Assembly (NCBI RefSeq): GCF_004010195.1
Contig: NC_057757.1
Coordinates: 4,265,111 to 4,295,153 of the forward strand
Direction of reading: 5' to 3'
DNA length: 30,043 nucleotides
Source: Chiloscyllium plagiosum
Taxonomy: Eukaryota
A program made the position numbers and the translations under genes. Every line of letters begins with the position of its first letter. Position 1 is the first letter of the stretch. A model generated the notes under the pieces. The model saw nothing but the letters and a program-made list of their open reading frames with translations. It was not told the origin of the DNA and made no database searches. Positions 20,200 through 29,740 of this stretch are shown here, one piece after another.

Positions 20200-20856
20200 A
20201 GCATTTCTACACAGTGGAAGCAGGACTTTCAGCCCATTGAGTCTACACCGCCTGTCCGAACTGCTTCCCACCCAGTTCCACGTCCCAACCCTATCCCTGT
20301 AACCCAGTATTTCCCACGGCTAACCCACCTGACCCGCACATCCTGGGACAACTTAGCAGGCCCAACCCACCCTAACCTGCACATCCCTGGGCACTATGGG
20401 ACAATTTAGCATGGCCAATTCATCCTACCCCACACATCCCTGGCCACTATGGGACAATTTATCATGGCAAATCCGCCCTAACCTGCACACCCCTGGGCAC
20501 TATGGGACAATTTAGCACAGCCAATCCACCCTGACCTGCACATCCCTGGGCACTATGGGACAATTTAGCATGGCCAATCCACCCTACCCCGCACATCCCT
20601 GGGCACTATGGGACAATTTAGCATAGCCAATCCATCCTACCCCGCACATCCCTGGGCACTATGGGACATTTTAGCACGGCCAATCCACCCTAACCTGCAC
20701 ATCTTTGGACTGCAGGAGGAAACCGGAGCACCTGGAGGAAAAGCACACTGACATAGGGGAGAATGTGCAAACTCCACACAGAAAGTCGCCTGAGGGTGAA
20801 ATCAAACCCAGGTCCCTGGTGCCATGAGGCAGCAGTGCTAACCACTGAGCCAACAT
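20200..20856 (-). mobile_element. HE1-type SINE with ~7 copies of the 53-bp unit
   Basis: Reverse complement of head (GCTAACCACTGAGCCA), V-domain and tandem units. Confidence 0.85.
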
Positions 20857-20865
20857 GTCACCTCA

Positions 20866-21362
20866 AAGATGAATAAGGCAGCTCAAAGAAAGTTCACGAG
20901 GATAATCCACAGAGTGGAGGGATTGTCTTATAAGCAAAGGCTAAACAGTTTGGGACTCTACTCTCTGGAGTTTAGAAGAATGAGGGGTGATCTCATTAGG
21001 ACATATTGGATTCTTAAGGGGCTTGACGGGGTAAAAGCTGAGAGGACGTTCCCCCTCATGGGAGAGTCTAGGACCAGAGGGCACAGTCTCAGAATAATGG
21101 GGCACCAATTTAGGACTGTGATGAGGAGGAATTTCTTCCCTCAGAGGGTTGTAAGTCTTTGGAACTCCTTGCCACAGAGAGCTGTGGGGGCAGAGTCCCC
21201 GTGTATACTGAAGTCTGAGACAGATTCAAAGGTTACGGGGAAAGGATGGGAAAGTAGATGTGAGAATGTTGAATCAGCCATGATCTTGTTGAATGACAGA
21301 GCAGGCCCGAGGGCCTGAAAGGCCTACTTCTGTTCCTATTCCATATGTTCTTACGATCTTGT
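20866..21362 (+). mobile_element. CR1-clade LINE 3' end
   Basis: QRKFTRII..GLYSLEFRRMRGDLI..TRGHSLRI..RRNFFPQRVVSLWNSLP plus a 3' tail. Confidence 0.88.
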
Positions 21363-21533
21363 AGTTCAAAGAAATGAGAATAAGCAACAATGCTTATCTG
21401 ACATTTGAACAATTAACACCGATTCCTTTTCTGTGTAACACTGAACATTTCAGTTACTGAACCAATTGTGCCTAAGATATGAATTTTTAATTCTTTCTCC
21501 GCAAACAATGATCAAATCTTTTCCACCCAACAG

Positions 21534-21557
21534 GAAAGTACCCTTTCCATGGCTACG
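21534..21557 (+). CDS. Micro-exon 3 (24 nt, phase 1-1): GKYPFHGY
   Basis: ttttccacccaacAG acceptor (21532-21533) and donor GTAAAT at 21558; GK..Y composition resembles the downstream exons. Confidence 0.68.
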
Positions 21558-21819
21558 GTAAATATATTTATTGACAGAATTTATCACATTTTGGCTGGTT
21601 AGAAAATCATAGAATTATAATGCATGCACTCTGAGAGAAATCATCCACTATCCCCAATAACAAATCCCTTCACTGTCCCATCCCATGGATCATTGATAGC
21701 TTCATCCATCTCCCAAACTAGAAAGAGGTGAAAACTTCCATTGGTTGGTTTTACTGATGGAATACATTCATCTGACCGTCTCCCACTATTCTCTGGCACG
21801 AAATTCCATCAACTTCCGA

Positions 21820-22600
21820 CACTGGATGTGAATATGGGAGGAATAGTTAGGAAGTTTGTAGATGATGCCAAAATTGGTGGTCTGGTGGACAGTGAAGATG
21901 ATTACCTAAGAGTATAATGGGACCTTGATCAGGTGGGCCGATGGGCTGAGGGGAGGTAGATGGAATTTAATTTAGATAAATGTGAGGCATTGCACTTTGG
22001 TAAGACAAATCAGGGCAGGATTTATACATTTAATGGAAGGGTCCTGGGGAGTGTTGCTGAACAAAGAGACCTTGGTGTGCAAGTTCATAGTTCCTTGAAG
22101 GTGGAGTCGCAGGTAGACAGAGTAGTGAAGAAAGTATTTGGTTCACTTGCCTTTATTGGTCACTGCACTGAGTATAGTTCTGACGAAGTGTCACTGGACC
22201 CAAAACACCAACTTTAATTTCTCTTCACAGATGCTGCCAGACCTGCTGAGCTTTTCCAGCAACTTCTGTTTTTGTCATTGAGTATAAGAGTTGGGACGTC
22301 ATGTTGCAGCTGTACAGGACATTGGTTACATCGCTTTTGGGATACTGTGTTCATTTCTGGTCTCCCTGCTATAAGAAAGATATTGCTAAACTTAAATGGG
22401 TTTATAAAAGATTTACCAGGATGTTGTCAGAGTTGTAGGGTTTGAGCTATAGGGAGAGGCTGAATAGGCTGGGACTGTATTCCCTGGAGTATTGGAGGCT
22501 GAGGGGTGACCTTATAGAGGTTTATAAAATCATGAGGGGCATGGATAGGATGAATAATCAGGGTCTTTTCCCCAGTGTAGGGAGTATAAAACTAGAGGGT
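21820..22600 (+). mobile_element. Decayed CR1 RT fragment, interrupted at 22177-22275
   Basis: KFVDDAKIGG, MEFNLDKCEALHFG, EQRDLGVQVH and GLYSLEYWRLRGDLIEVYKIMRG. Confidence 0.85.
22177..22275 (+). mobile_element. Short Penelope-associated insert with a decayed hammerhead motif and an 11-bp target-site duplication
   Basis: GTT-CTGACGA-AGTGTC-ACTG-GACCC-AAAAC..AAC; flanked by CACTGAGTATA (22166-22176) and CATTGAGTATA (22276-22286). Confidence 0.65.
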
Positions 22601-22794
22601 GAGATGGTGACTTTCTTAACCCCTGTAGTCAGTTACAGTCCTTTTTAGGGGCAATTGACAGGCACTTAAAGAGCCCCATTTCATCACATGCCTACTCATC
22701 TGCCCTGCCCCCACAGAGGACAACACAAGGGGTTGGATTGTTGACTTCTAAACTGTAGAGATCTGCCCTGGAGGGTTAATGAAGGGTCAACTTC

Positions 22795-23075
22795 CCATTG
22801 TGGGACAATTGGAGACAGGGACATGGGGGAACACCCATTGTCCAAATCCTGGGGCATCTGGAATTAGGGAAGGAGGAATCTCCCATTGTCCAAATCCTGG
22901 GGCAACTGGAATTAGGGAAGAGAGGACCTCCTTTTGTCCGAATCCTGGGGCAACTGGAATTAAGGAAGGGGGAACCTCTCATTGCCTGAATCCTGGGGCA
23001 ACTGGAATTAGGTAAGGGAGGGAATGACCCCCACCCCCCCCACCATTGCCCTAGTCTTAGGGTAATTGGAATTAG
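22795..23075. repeat. 48-bp minisatellite, 4 good plus partial copies
   Basis: AATCCTGGGGCAACTGGAATTAGGGAAG at 22845, 22893, 22941 and 22989 (period 48). Confidence 0.9.
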
Positions 23076-23449
23076 GGAGAAGGGGTGGACTTTGGAATTC
23101 TGTTCCACACACACCCTCTCAGAGGGTTGTGGATTCTCAGGCACTGAGTAAATTCAAGACAAACATTGGCAGATTTCTCATTGCTAATCATATCAAGGGA
23201 CATGGGAGCAGCATAGCGAGGTAGATAATCAGTCACTGTCTAGAATGGCAGAGCAAACACAAAGGGCTGAATGGCCTTAGAGTCGTAGAGTCATTGATTG
23301 GCCCAGGTTAACAGTTCCCAATCAAGGATTTTGCAGTCAATGAGATCCACCCACTTCCAATCACTACAAAGGAAATGGCTGAACGTATTATTTTCCAATG
23401 AATTCTCTACAATGTTCAGTAACAGATCTGTTTCATTTTTCTCCAACAA

Positions 23450-23470
23450 TGGGACCTGTTTATGGTCCAG
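23450..23470 (+). pseudogene. A-type micro-exon copy (VGPVYGP) with mutated acceptor (AA); probable pseudo-exon
   Basis: ctccaacAA|TGGGACCTGTTTATGGTCCAG|GTAATG versus ccaacAG in the paralogous copies. Confidence 0.6.
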
Positions 23471-24111
23471 GTAATGCCTTCAATTCCAATGATCAATCAA
23501 TCTAAAAGTGATAGGAATAAAGAAAAAAAGCTAATCAATGAATGATTATGTTGAGTTTTTAGCCATGGACTAGATTCAAACAAGTCCCTGTTAAATTGTC
23601 CTAAATATAGTTTTGGCATCTGAAGGTACTGACAGGGAATGTCAGGACCGATCAATATACAGGGACAATATGAGCACACTATTCCAACGTTCAAAAGCCA
23701 AGGCATTTTGAACTGAGATGAGGAGGAATTCCTTCACTCAGAGGCAAGGGTGAATCTTTTGGAATTCTCTCCCCCAGAGGCTAGTGAAAGATCAAACATC
23801 AAGTAAATACAGGCCAGAGGTTTGAAGGTTTCTAAATTCTACTCATCTCAAGGGATGTGAGCGTGGTGGGGGAACGTGGCATGCGATAGATGATCAGCCG
23901 CGCTCTAAAATGGCAGAATAGGGTCAAAAGTCTAAACAGACTTCTCCTGTTCCCCATGTATCTATTATTTTAATGTTGCGAACAGAAACACAGCCCCCCA
24001 GATTGGATGATTCTGAATGATCCAAATGTTAAACCGATTGAGCTGAAAATGTAAATGTGCGATTGACTCTCTGCTGACACCGTTCATTAACACAATGTGT
24101 TTATTCCACAG

Positions 24112-24132
24112 GGAAAAGATATGATGATAAAG
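24112..24132 (+). CDS. B-type micro-exon (21 nt, phase 1-1): GKRYDDK
   Basis: tttattccacAG acceptor and donor GTATTG at 24133; paralogous to 28717-28737. Confidence 0.72.
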
Positions 24133-24508
24133 GTATTGTCTTTAAATGTATAAGTCGGTTACTGCAAAGGAATTGGGGCAGAGTCTGTGAGCAATAAACG
24201 GTTTTGATGACAGACAGACACTAACCCCGTTCATGTAACAATACCCTGAACATTAGCATTTATTGTTTTGTTGCAATGTTTTAAAGTGAGTGAAGTTTTC
24301 AATCTAACCATATTTGGTCATGAAACAGATACATTTCATCATGAGAAGATATATAAAGAAAAAGTGAATAGTTTAATATCTATGTGAAAGTTAGAAGAGA
24401 TGAATAAATTGTCATAAAATTGGTAAGAATTCGAAAGTTCCCTGATTATTTCATATGGTAACTCCAGTCAATAATACGTTCCGTTCTGAATGAACCCCAG
24501 TAGTTGAA

Positions 24509-24735
24509 TGGTGAAATACTGCACAGAGGCCAGTATCCCATCATCAAGTCACCCTTTATTTACATGTGGACAGCACATTGGCTGGGGTCAGTCAGCTCGG
24601 AGGCAGTCCCTCAAGTGAGGAGGTTCTGAATCTGCAGTTGAAATTTATCTCCCAGGGCTCCCTGATTGACCCAGGTTAAGAACCACAATCAAGGATTTCA
24701 TAGTCAATGAGATCCACTTGGTCCCAACCACTCCA
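24509..24735 (-). mobile_element. Solo-LTR-like insert (~227 bp, TG...CA); homologous copies at ~23295-23368 (partial) and 25351-26882 (split by nested inserts)
   Basis: Absent at the homologous position of modules 4 and 5; begins TG and ends CA; minus-strand AATAAA (TTTATT at ~24555). Confidence 0.55.
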
Positions 24736-24819
24736 AGGCAAAGTGCTGAAAATATTACTTTCCAATGAATTCTCTACAATGTTCAGTAACAGATCTGTTT
24801 TGTTTTTTTTTCCCAACAG

Positions 24820-24840
24820 TGGGACCTGGTTACGGTCCAG
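24820..24840 (+). CDS. A-type micro-exon (21 nt, phase 1-1): VGPGYGP
   Basis: Poly-T tract, cccaacAG acceptor and donor GTAATG at 24841. Confidence 0.78.
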
Positions 24841-25179
24841 GTAATGTCATTACTTCCATAGATCTGTTGATCTAAAAGTGGTAGGAACAAAGAAGTAGAC
24901 CAATCAATCAATGATTGATTCTTTTAACAACATTTGGGTATTAACCAATTACATTTCATGAAGAGAAGATAAAGAGAAAATATGCAATGTGAATAGATTG
25001 GTATCCATTAAAACGTTAGAAGAGATGAATAAATTGCCATAAAATAAGTAGGAATTGGAAAGTTCCTTGAGCTTTTCATAGGGTAACTCCAATTGACCCT
25101 GGCAGAATAAGGTCAAACAGCTAAAGAGTTTTCTCCTGTTTTCATGTATCTTTTAATTCTGCAAAGTGAAACACCGACA

Positions 25180-25303
25180 CAACCACCCGATGAAGGAGCA
25201 ACACTCCCAAAGCTAGCGCTTCCAATTAAACCTGTTGGACTATAACCTGGTGTTGTGTGATTTTTAACTTTGTCCACCCCAGTCCAACACCGGCATCTCC
25301 AAA
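25180..25303 (+). mobile_element. Penelope-type terminal-repeat fragment with a decayed hammerhead motif
   Basis: CAC-CCGATGA-AGGAG-CAACA-CTCC-CAAA-GCTA-GCG followed by AATTAAACCTGTTGGACTATAACCTGGTGTTGTG; both core boxes carry one substitution. Confidence 0.55.
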
Positions 25304-25789
25304 TACAAGCACAGAGACTGTGTAATTCTGAATTAACCTTATTCGTTGAATGGTGAAATAACTGCATGGACACCAGTATCCCCTCACCAAGTCACCTTTT
25401 ATTTACAGTACGTTGGCTAGGGCCAGCAGGTCAGAGTCAGTCCCTGAAGTGAGGAGATTCTGAATCTTCTTTTTTTTATTTTATTAAACAACTCACAGTT
25501 TACAAAACAATTAACATTAACAGTTGTACACAGAGAAACAGCAATTTTACAAGGGAGAGGAGCAACAAAGACAGGCCCCAAACCCCACCATTCAACCAGT
25601 TTTCAGGCAATGAGGACAAATCTCAAATCCCACATTTCATCAATACAAAACAGTAAGTACATATAAGACTGTCCAATTACATAAAAAACACTGCATAAAA
25701 TACAGACCCCCAGCAAACCAGCAAGCCACCCACTCTAAGGCAGCCCAACTCTCCTGTTTATTTTTATTTTTCTTCTTTATTTTGTTTTC

Positions 25790-26785
25790 TCTATTCTCTT
25801 TTTAAATTTTTTTCTCTTTTTCACTACTGCCTAACTGTGGTTGTGCTTACTTTTTCTCCAGCACCCATGTGTGTGGGCAGGTGTGAGACATAGTGACAGA
25901 CACAAGGTGTGCAAATCTTTAGATTAGACTCCCCAGAGTGTGGAAACAGGCCCTTCGGCCTAACAACTCCACACCGACCCTCTGAAGAGTAACCCACCCA
26001 GACCTGTTTCCCCTCTAACTAATGCACCTAATACTATGGGCAGTTTAACATGGCCAGTTCACCTGAACTACACATCTTTGGACTGTGTGAGGAAACCAGA
26101 ACACCCAGAGGAAACCCATGCAGACACAGGGAGAACGTGCAAACTCCACACAGGCAGTCACCTGAGGCTGGAATCGAACATGGGACCTTGGTGCTGTGAG
26201 GCAGCAGTGCTAACCACTGAGCCACCACAGGCATTAGACTATTCAGTTTCCACTACCAGGAAGAAAAGAAACACCCAAGTGGCCAGTGGCAAGTAGTGGC
26301 CTTCACATCAAAGGGCAATGCTGTGTGATCAAACAGTGAAGGGGAGGGAAGGGATTAAATCAGCTTTCCTGTTTATTGGTTTCTCTCTCAGAGCTCACTG
26401 GATGTGGGCAGCTGGTCCAGAGACAGTCCCTTCCCATCTGACACAAACAAGGGGAGAGTCCTTGTACACACACACACGCGCTGATCCAGCTCCCTTAAGA
26501 GCCAGCTCTCAGAGTGAACAGAACCTCTGACATTCTTGTTTTTTAAATTCTTTTTTTCTTTTTTCTCCCCCCAAGTGCTTATTTTTTCCCCAGCACCCTT
26601 GAGTGTGTGTGCAGGTGTGCGACACAGTGAAAGACACAAAGTGCACGAATCTATATTCAGTTTCCACCACCAGGAAGAAAGGAAACACCCGAGTGGCCAG
26701 TGACAAGCAATGTCCTTCATATCAAAGGGCAATGCTGTGTGATCAAACAGTGAAGGGGAGGGCAGGGATTAAATCAGCTTTCTGG
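25790..26785. repeat. Two direct copies of an unclassified ~250-bp repeat (first: ~25790-25920 + 26241-26368; second: ~26540-26785)
   Basis: CCAGCACCC..GCAGGTGTG.GACA.AGTGA.AGACACAA and ATTCAGTTTCCAC.ACCAGGAAGAAA..GGGATTAAATCAGCTTTC each occur twice. Confidence 0.7.
25921..26232 (-). mobile_element. HE1-type SINE, full length, without tandem expansion
   Basis: Reverse complement of the A box (GCTAACCACTGAGCCAC), B box (GGAATCGAAC), V-domain and tail. Confidence 0.88.
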
Positions 26786-26967
26786 TTTATATCTATTACC
26801 CAGGGCTCCCTGATTGATCCACATTGACAAGCCCAATTAAGGATCTCATAGTCAATGAGATCACTTGGTCCCGATTACTGCACGGGAAAGTCCTGAAAAT
26901 ATAATTTTACAACTAATTCTCCAGAATATTCCGTAACACATCTGTTTCGGTTTTTTTCCTCCAACAG

Positions 26968-26988
26968 TGGGGCCTCTTTATGGACCAG
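26968..26988 (+). CDS. A-type micro-exon (21 nt, phase 1-1): VGPLYGP
   Basis: ttttttcctccaacAG acceptor and donor GTAACA at 26989. Confidence 0.72.
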
Positions 26989-27639
26989 GTAACATAATCA
27001 ATTCCATAACATCTGTCGATCTAAATGTGATAGGTCCGAAAACATAGGCCGATAATAAATAATAATGCCAAGGTCTTAGCTATGAACTAGATTCAAACAA
27101 ATCTCTGTTAAATTGTCCTAAGCCTGTTGCTAGTGTCGGAAGATACTGACGGTAATGTGTCAAGTCTCCATCAGGACTGGTCAATATCCAGGGACAATGT
27201 GAGCACACTATTCCACATTCAAAAGCCAAGTCATCTTGATCCTAGATGAAGAGGAATTTCTTCACTCAGAGGTGGGGAGGGCTGTATCTTTGAAATTCTT
27301 TGCCCAAGAGGCCATTGGAAGATCAGTCATTGAGTATGTTCAAGATGGAAACTTACAATATCTCCTCATATCCAGGGCTATGGGTATGGTGTGGCAACAT
27401 GGCATTGAGATAGATGATCAGCCACACTCTAAAATGGCAGAATAGGATCAAACTGCTAAATAGCCTTGTCCTGTTCGCATGTATCCATCATTCTTTTAAC
27501 TTTGTGAAGAGAAACGCAAATCCCCACACTGTGCAATTCTGAGTGAATCAAATGTTAAACCGATTGAGCTGAAAATGCAAATGTGTGATTGACTCTCTGC
27601 AAACCACTGTTCTTTGCTACAGTGTGTTTTTTTGCACTG

Positions 27640-27660
27640 GGAAAAGTGATGATGGCAAAG
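27640..27660 (+). pseudogene. B-type micro-exon copy (GKSDDGK) with mutated acceptor (TG); probable pseudo-exon
   Basis: tttgcacTG|GGAAAAGTGATGATGGCAAAG|GTGCTG versus ccacAG and GTATTG in the paralogues. Confidence 0.58.
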
Positions 27661-28118
27661 GTGCTGTCTCTCATTTTAGACATCGGATTCTCAAAAGGAA
27701 TGAGGGTAGAGTGTGTGAGGATTAAACAGTTTTCATGACAGAGATACCAACCCCTTTCCTATAAAAATGCCCTGAACATTAGCATGTATGGTTTTGTTGC
27801 AAAGTATTAATTGGGTGAATTTTTATATTCTAACCATATTTGGCCATGGACCAAATACATTTCATTATGAGAAGATATAATGAAAATTGGCAATGTGATG
27901 AGATTGATATTCATTAGAAAGTTAGATGAGATAATAAATTGCAATAAAATCAATAAGAATTAGCAAGTGCATTGAAAATTTCAAATATTAACTGTAATTA
28001 ATAACCTGTTCAACTTTGAACGAACCACAATTGTTCAACAGAAAGTGATGAAAATATAATTTTAACATTAATTCACTACAATGTTCAATAACACATCTGT
28101 TTTGTTTTTCTCCAGCAG

Positions 28119-28139
28119 TGGGATCTCTTTACACTCCAG
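28119..28139 (+). CDS. A-type micro-exon (21 nt, or 24 nt from 28116; phase 1-1): (A)VGSLYTP
   Basis: tttttctcCAGCAG tandem acceptor and donor GTAATG at 28140. Confidence 0.68.
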
Positions 28140-28716
28140 GTAATGTCTTTAGCAGAAATGTTAGTCGTCAGCTACGCTTGAACACATCCCTGTTAAATTT
28201 CCTTAAATATATTGTTGCTTGCAAAAGATACTGATGTTATTGTATCAAATCTCCATCAGGACTAGTCAATAACCAGGGACAATGTGAGCACACCATCCCA
28301 ATGTTCAAAAGCCAAGGCATTTTGAACTGAGATGAAGAGGAATTCCTTCACTCAGAGGGGTGTGAACATTTGGAACTGTCTTCCCCAGAGGCTGGTTGAA
28401 AATCAGTCATTGAGTCAGAAACTGTCAGATTTCCAACATCTCCTCATATCAAGGGTTATGGGCATGGTGAGGGAACATGGCACTGAGATAGATGATCAGC
28501 CACACTCTAAAATGGCAGACGAGGGTCAAGCAGCTAAAGGGCCTTCTCCTGTTCCCCATCGGTCTCTCATTCGTTTAATTCTGCAAAGAGAAACACAGTT
28601 TCACAGACTTGGTAATTCTGATTGAAACGAATGTTAAATACATTGAGGTAAATATGTAAATTTGTGATTGACTCATTGCAAACACTGTTCATTAACACAA
28701 TCTGTTTATTCCACAG

Positions 28717-28737
28717 GGAAAGGTTATGGCCAAAAAG
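28717..28737 (+). CDS. B-type micro-exon (21 nt, phase 1-1): GKGYGQK
   Basis: tttattccacAG acceptor and donor GTATTG at 28738. Confidence 0.74.
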
Positions 28738-29167
28738 GTATTGCCATTTAATTTCAGGAATCAATTTCTCCAAAGGAACTAGGGCAGAGAGATTGAGCAA
28801 CAAACAGTTTTGATGGCAGGCAGACAAAACTCATTTTCAAAAACAAAACCCTGAACACCTTACTGCAGTGTATTATTTGGGTGAATTTTTATATTCTAGC
28901 TATTTTTGACCATGGACTAAGCACAATTAGATATAGAGAAAATTGGCAACATAAATCAACCGATATTCATTAGAAAGTTAGGAGAGGTGAATAAATTGTA
29001 TTAAAATCGATAAGAATTATAAAGTACAGTAAAATTTTGAAATAGTATTTGTAATCGATAATCTGTTTAGCTCTGAATGAACCCCAGCTATTCAGCGGCA
29101 AGTTCTGGAAATATAATTTTGCAATTAATTCTACAATGTTCAGTAACATATTTTTGTTAGTCAGCAG

Positions 29168-29188
29168 GGAGACCTGGTTACGGTCCAG
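29168..29188 (+). CDS. A-type micro-exon (21 nt, or 24 nt from 29165; phase 1-1): (A)GRPGYGP; gene continues beyond the window
   Basis: tttttgttagtCAGCAG acceptor (weaker tract) and donor GTAATG at 29189. Confidence 0.62.
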
Positions 29189-29740
29189 GTAATGTCTTTA
29201 ATCCCAATGATCTATTGACCTAAAAGTGAAAGGAATAAAGAAAAAATCGAATCAATAAATGATAATGTTAAGTTTTTAGCCTTGAACTCGATACAAACAA
29301 ATTCCTGTTAAATTGTCCTGTATATATTGTTGGTGTCTGACGATAGTGATAGTAATGTGTCAAGTCTTTATCAGGTCTGGTCAATATCCAGGGACAATGT
29401 GAGCACACTGTTCCAACATTAAAAAGCATTCAGGCATTTTGAACTGAGATGAGGAGGTTTTTCTTCACTTGGGTTGGGCGGGGGGCGGGGGGGCGCGGGG
29501 GTGTTGAATCTTTGGAATTCTCTCCCCCAGAAGCGGGTGCATGATCAGGAATTGAGTAAATTCAAGACGTAAACTGACAGATTATCAATTTCTCCTCGTA
29601 TTAACTGATATGGGCATGGTGTGGGAACATGGCATTGAGATTGATGATCAGCCGCACACTAAAATGACAGAATGAGCCTTCTCCTGCTCCCATGTATGAA
29701 TTATTTATTTAATTCGGCAAAGAGCAACACCGACACCCTG

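Larger units (their letters stand above)
23295..29735 (+). repeat. Five diverged tandem copies of a ~1.0-1.4 kb intron/exon module (A exon + B exon + CR1 remnant)
   Basis: Blocks such as CTACAATGTTCAGTAACA, CCAGGTAATG, CAGGGACAATGTGAGCACACT, GATGATCAGCCACACTCTAAAATGGCAG and ATTGACTC..CATTAACACAAT recur in the same order near 23.4, 24.8, 26.9, 28.1 and 29.1 kb. Confidence 0.9.

Noticed and set aside
22779..23144. ORFs with repeated HCPNPGATGIREGG units as a coding exon
   Set aside because: Product of a 48-bp minisatellite; no convincing flanking splice sites in phase with the gene.
18417..29188. SCPP-family or true elastin assignment for the micro-exon gene
   Set aside because: SCPP coding introns are phase 0 with SxE motifs, whereas these are phase 1. 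No poly-Ala-Lys or VPGVG domains and no recognisable elastin N-terminus.
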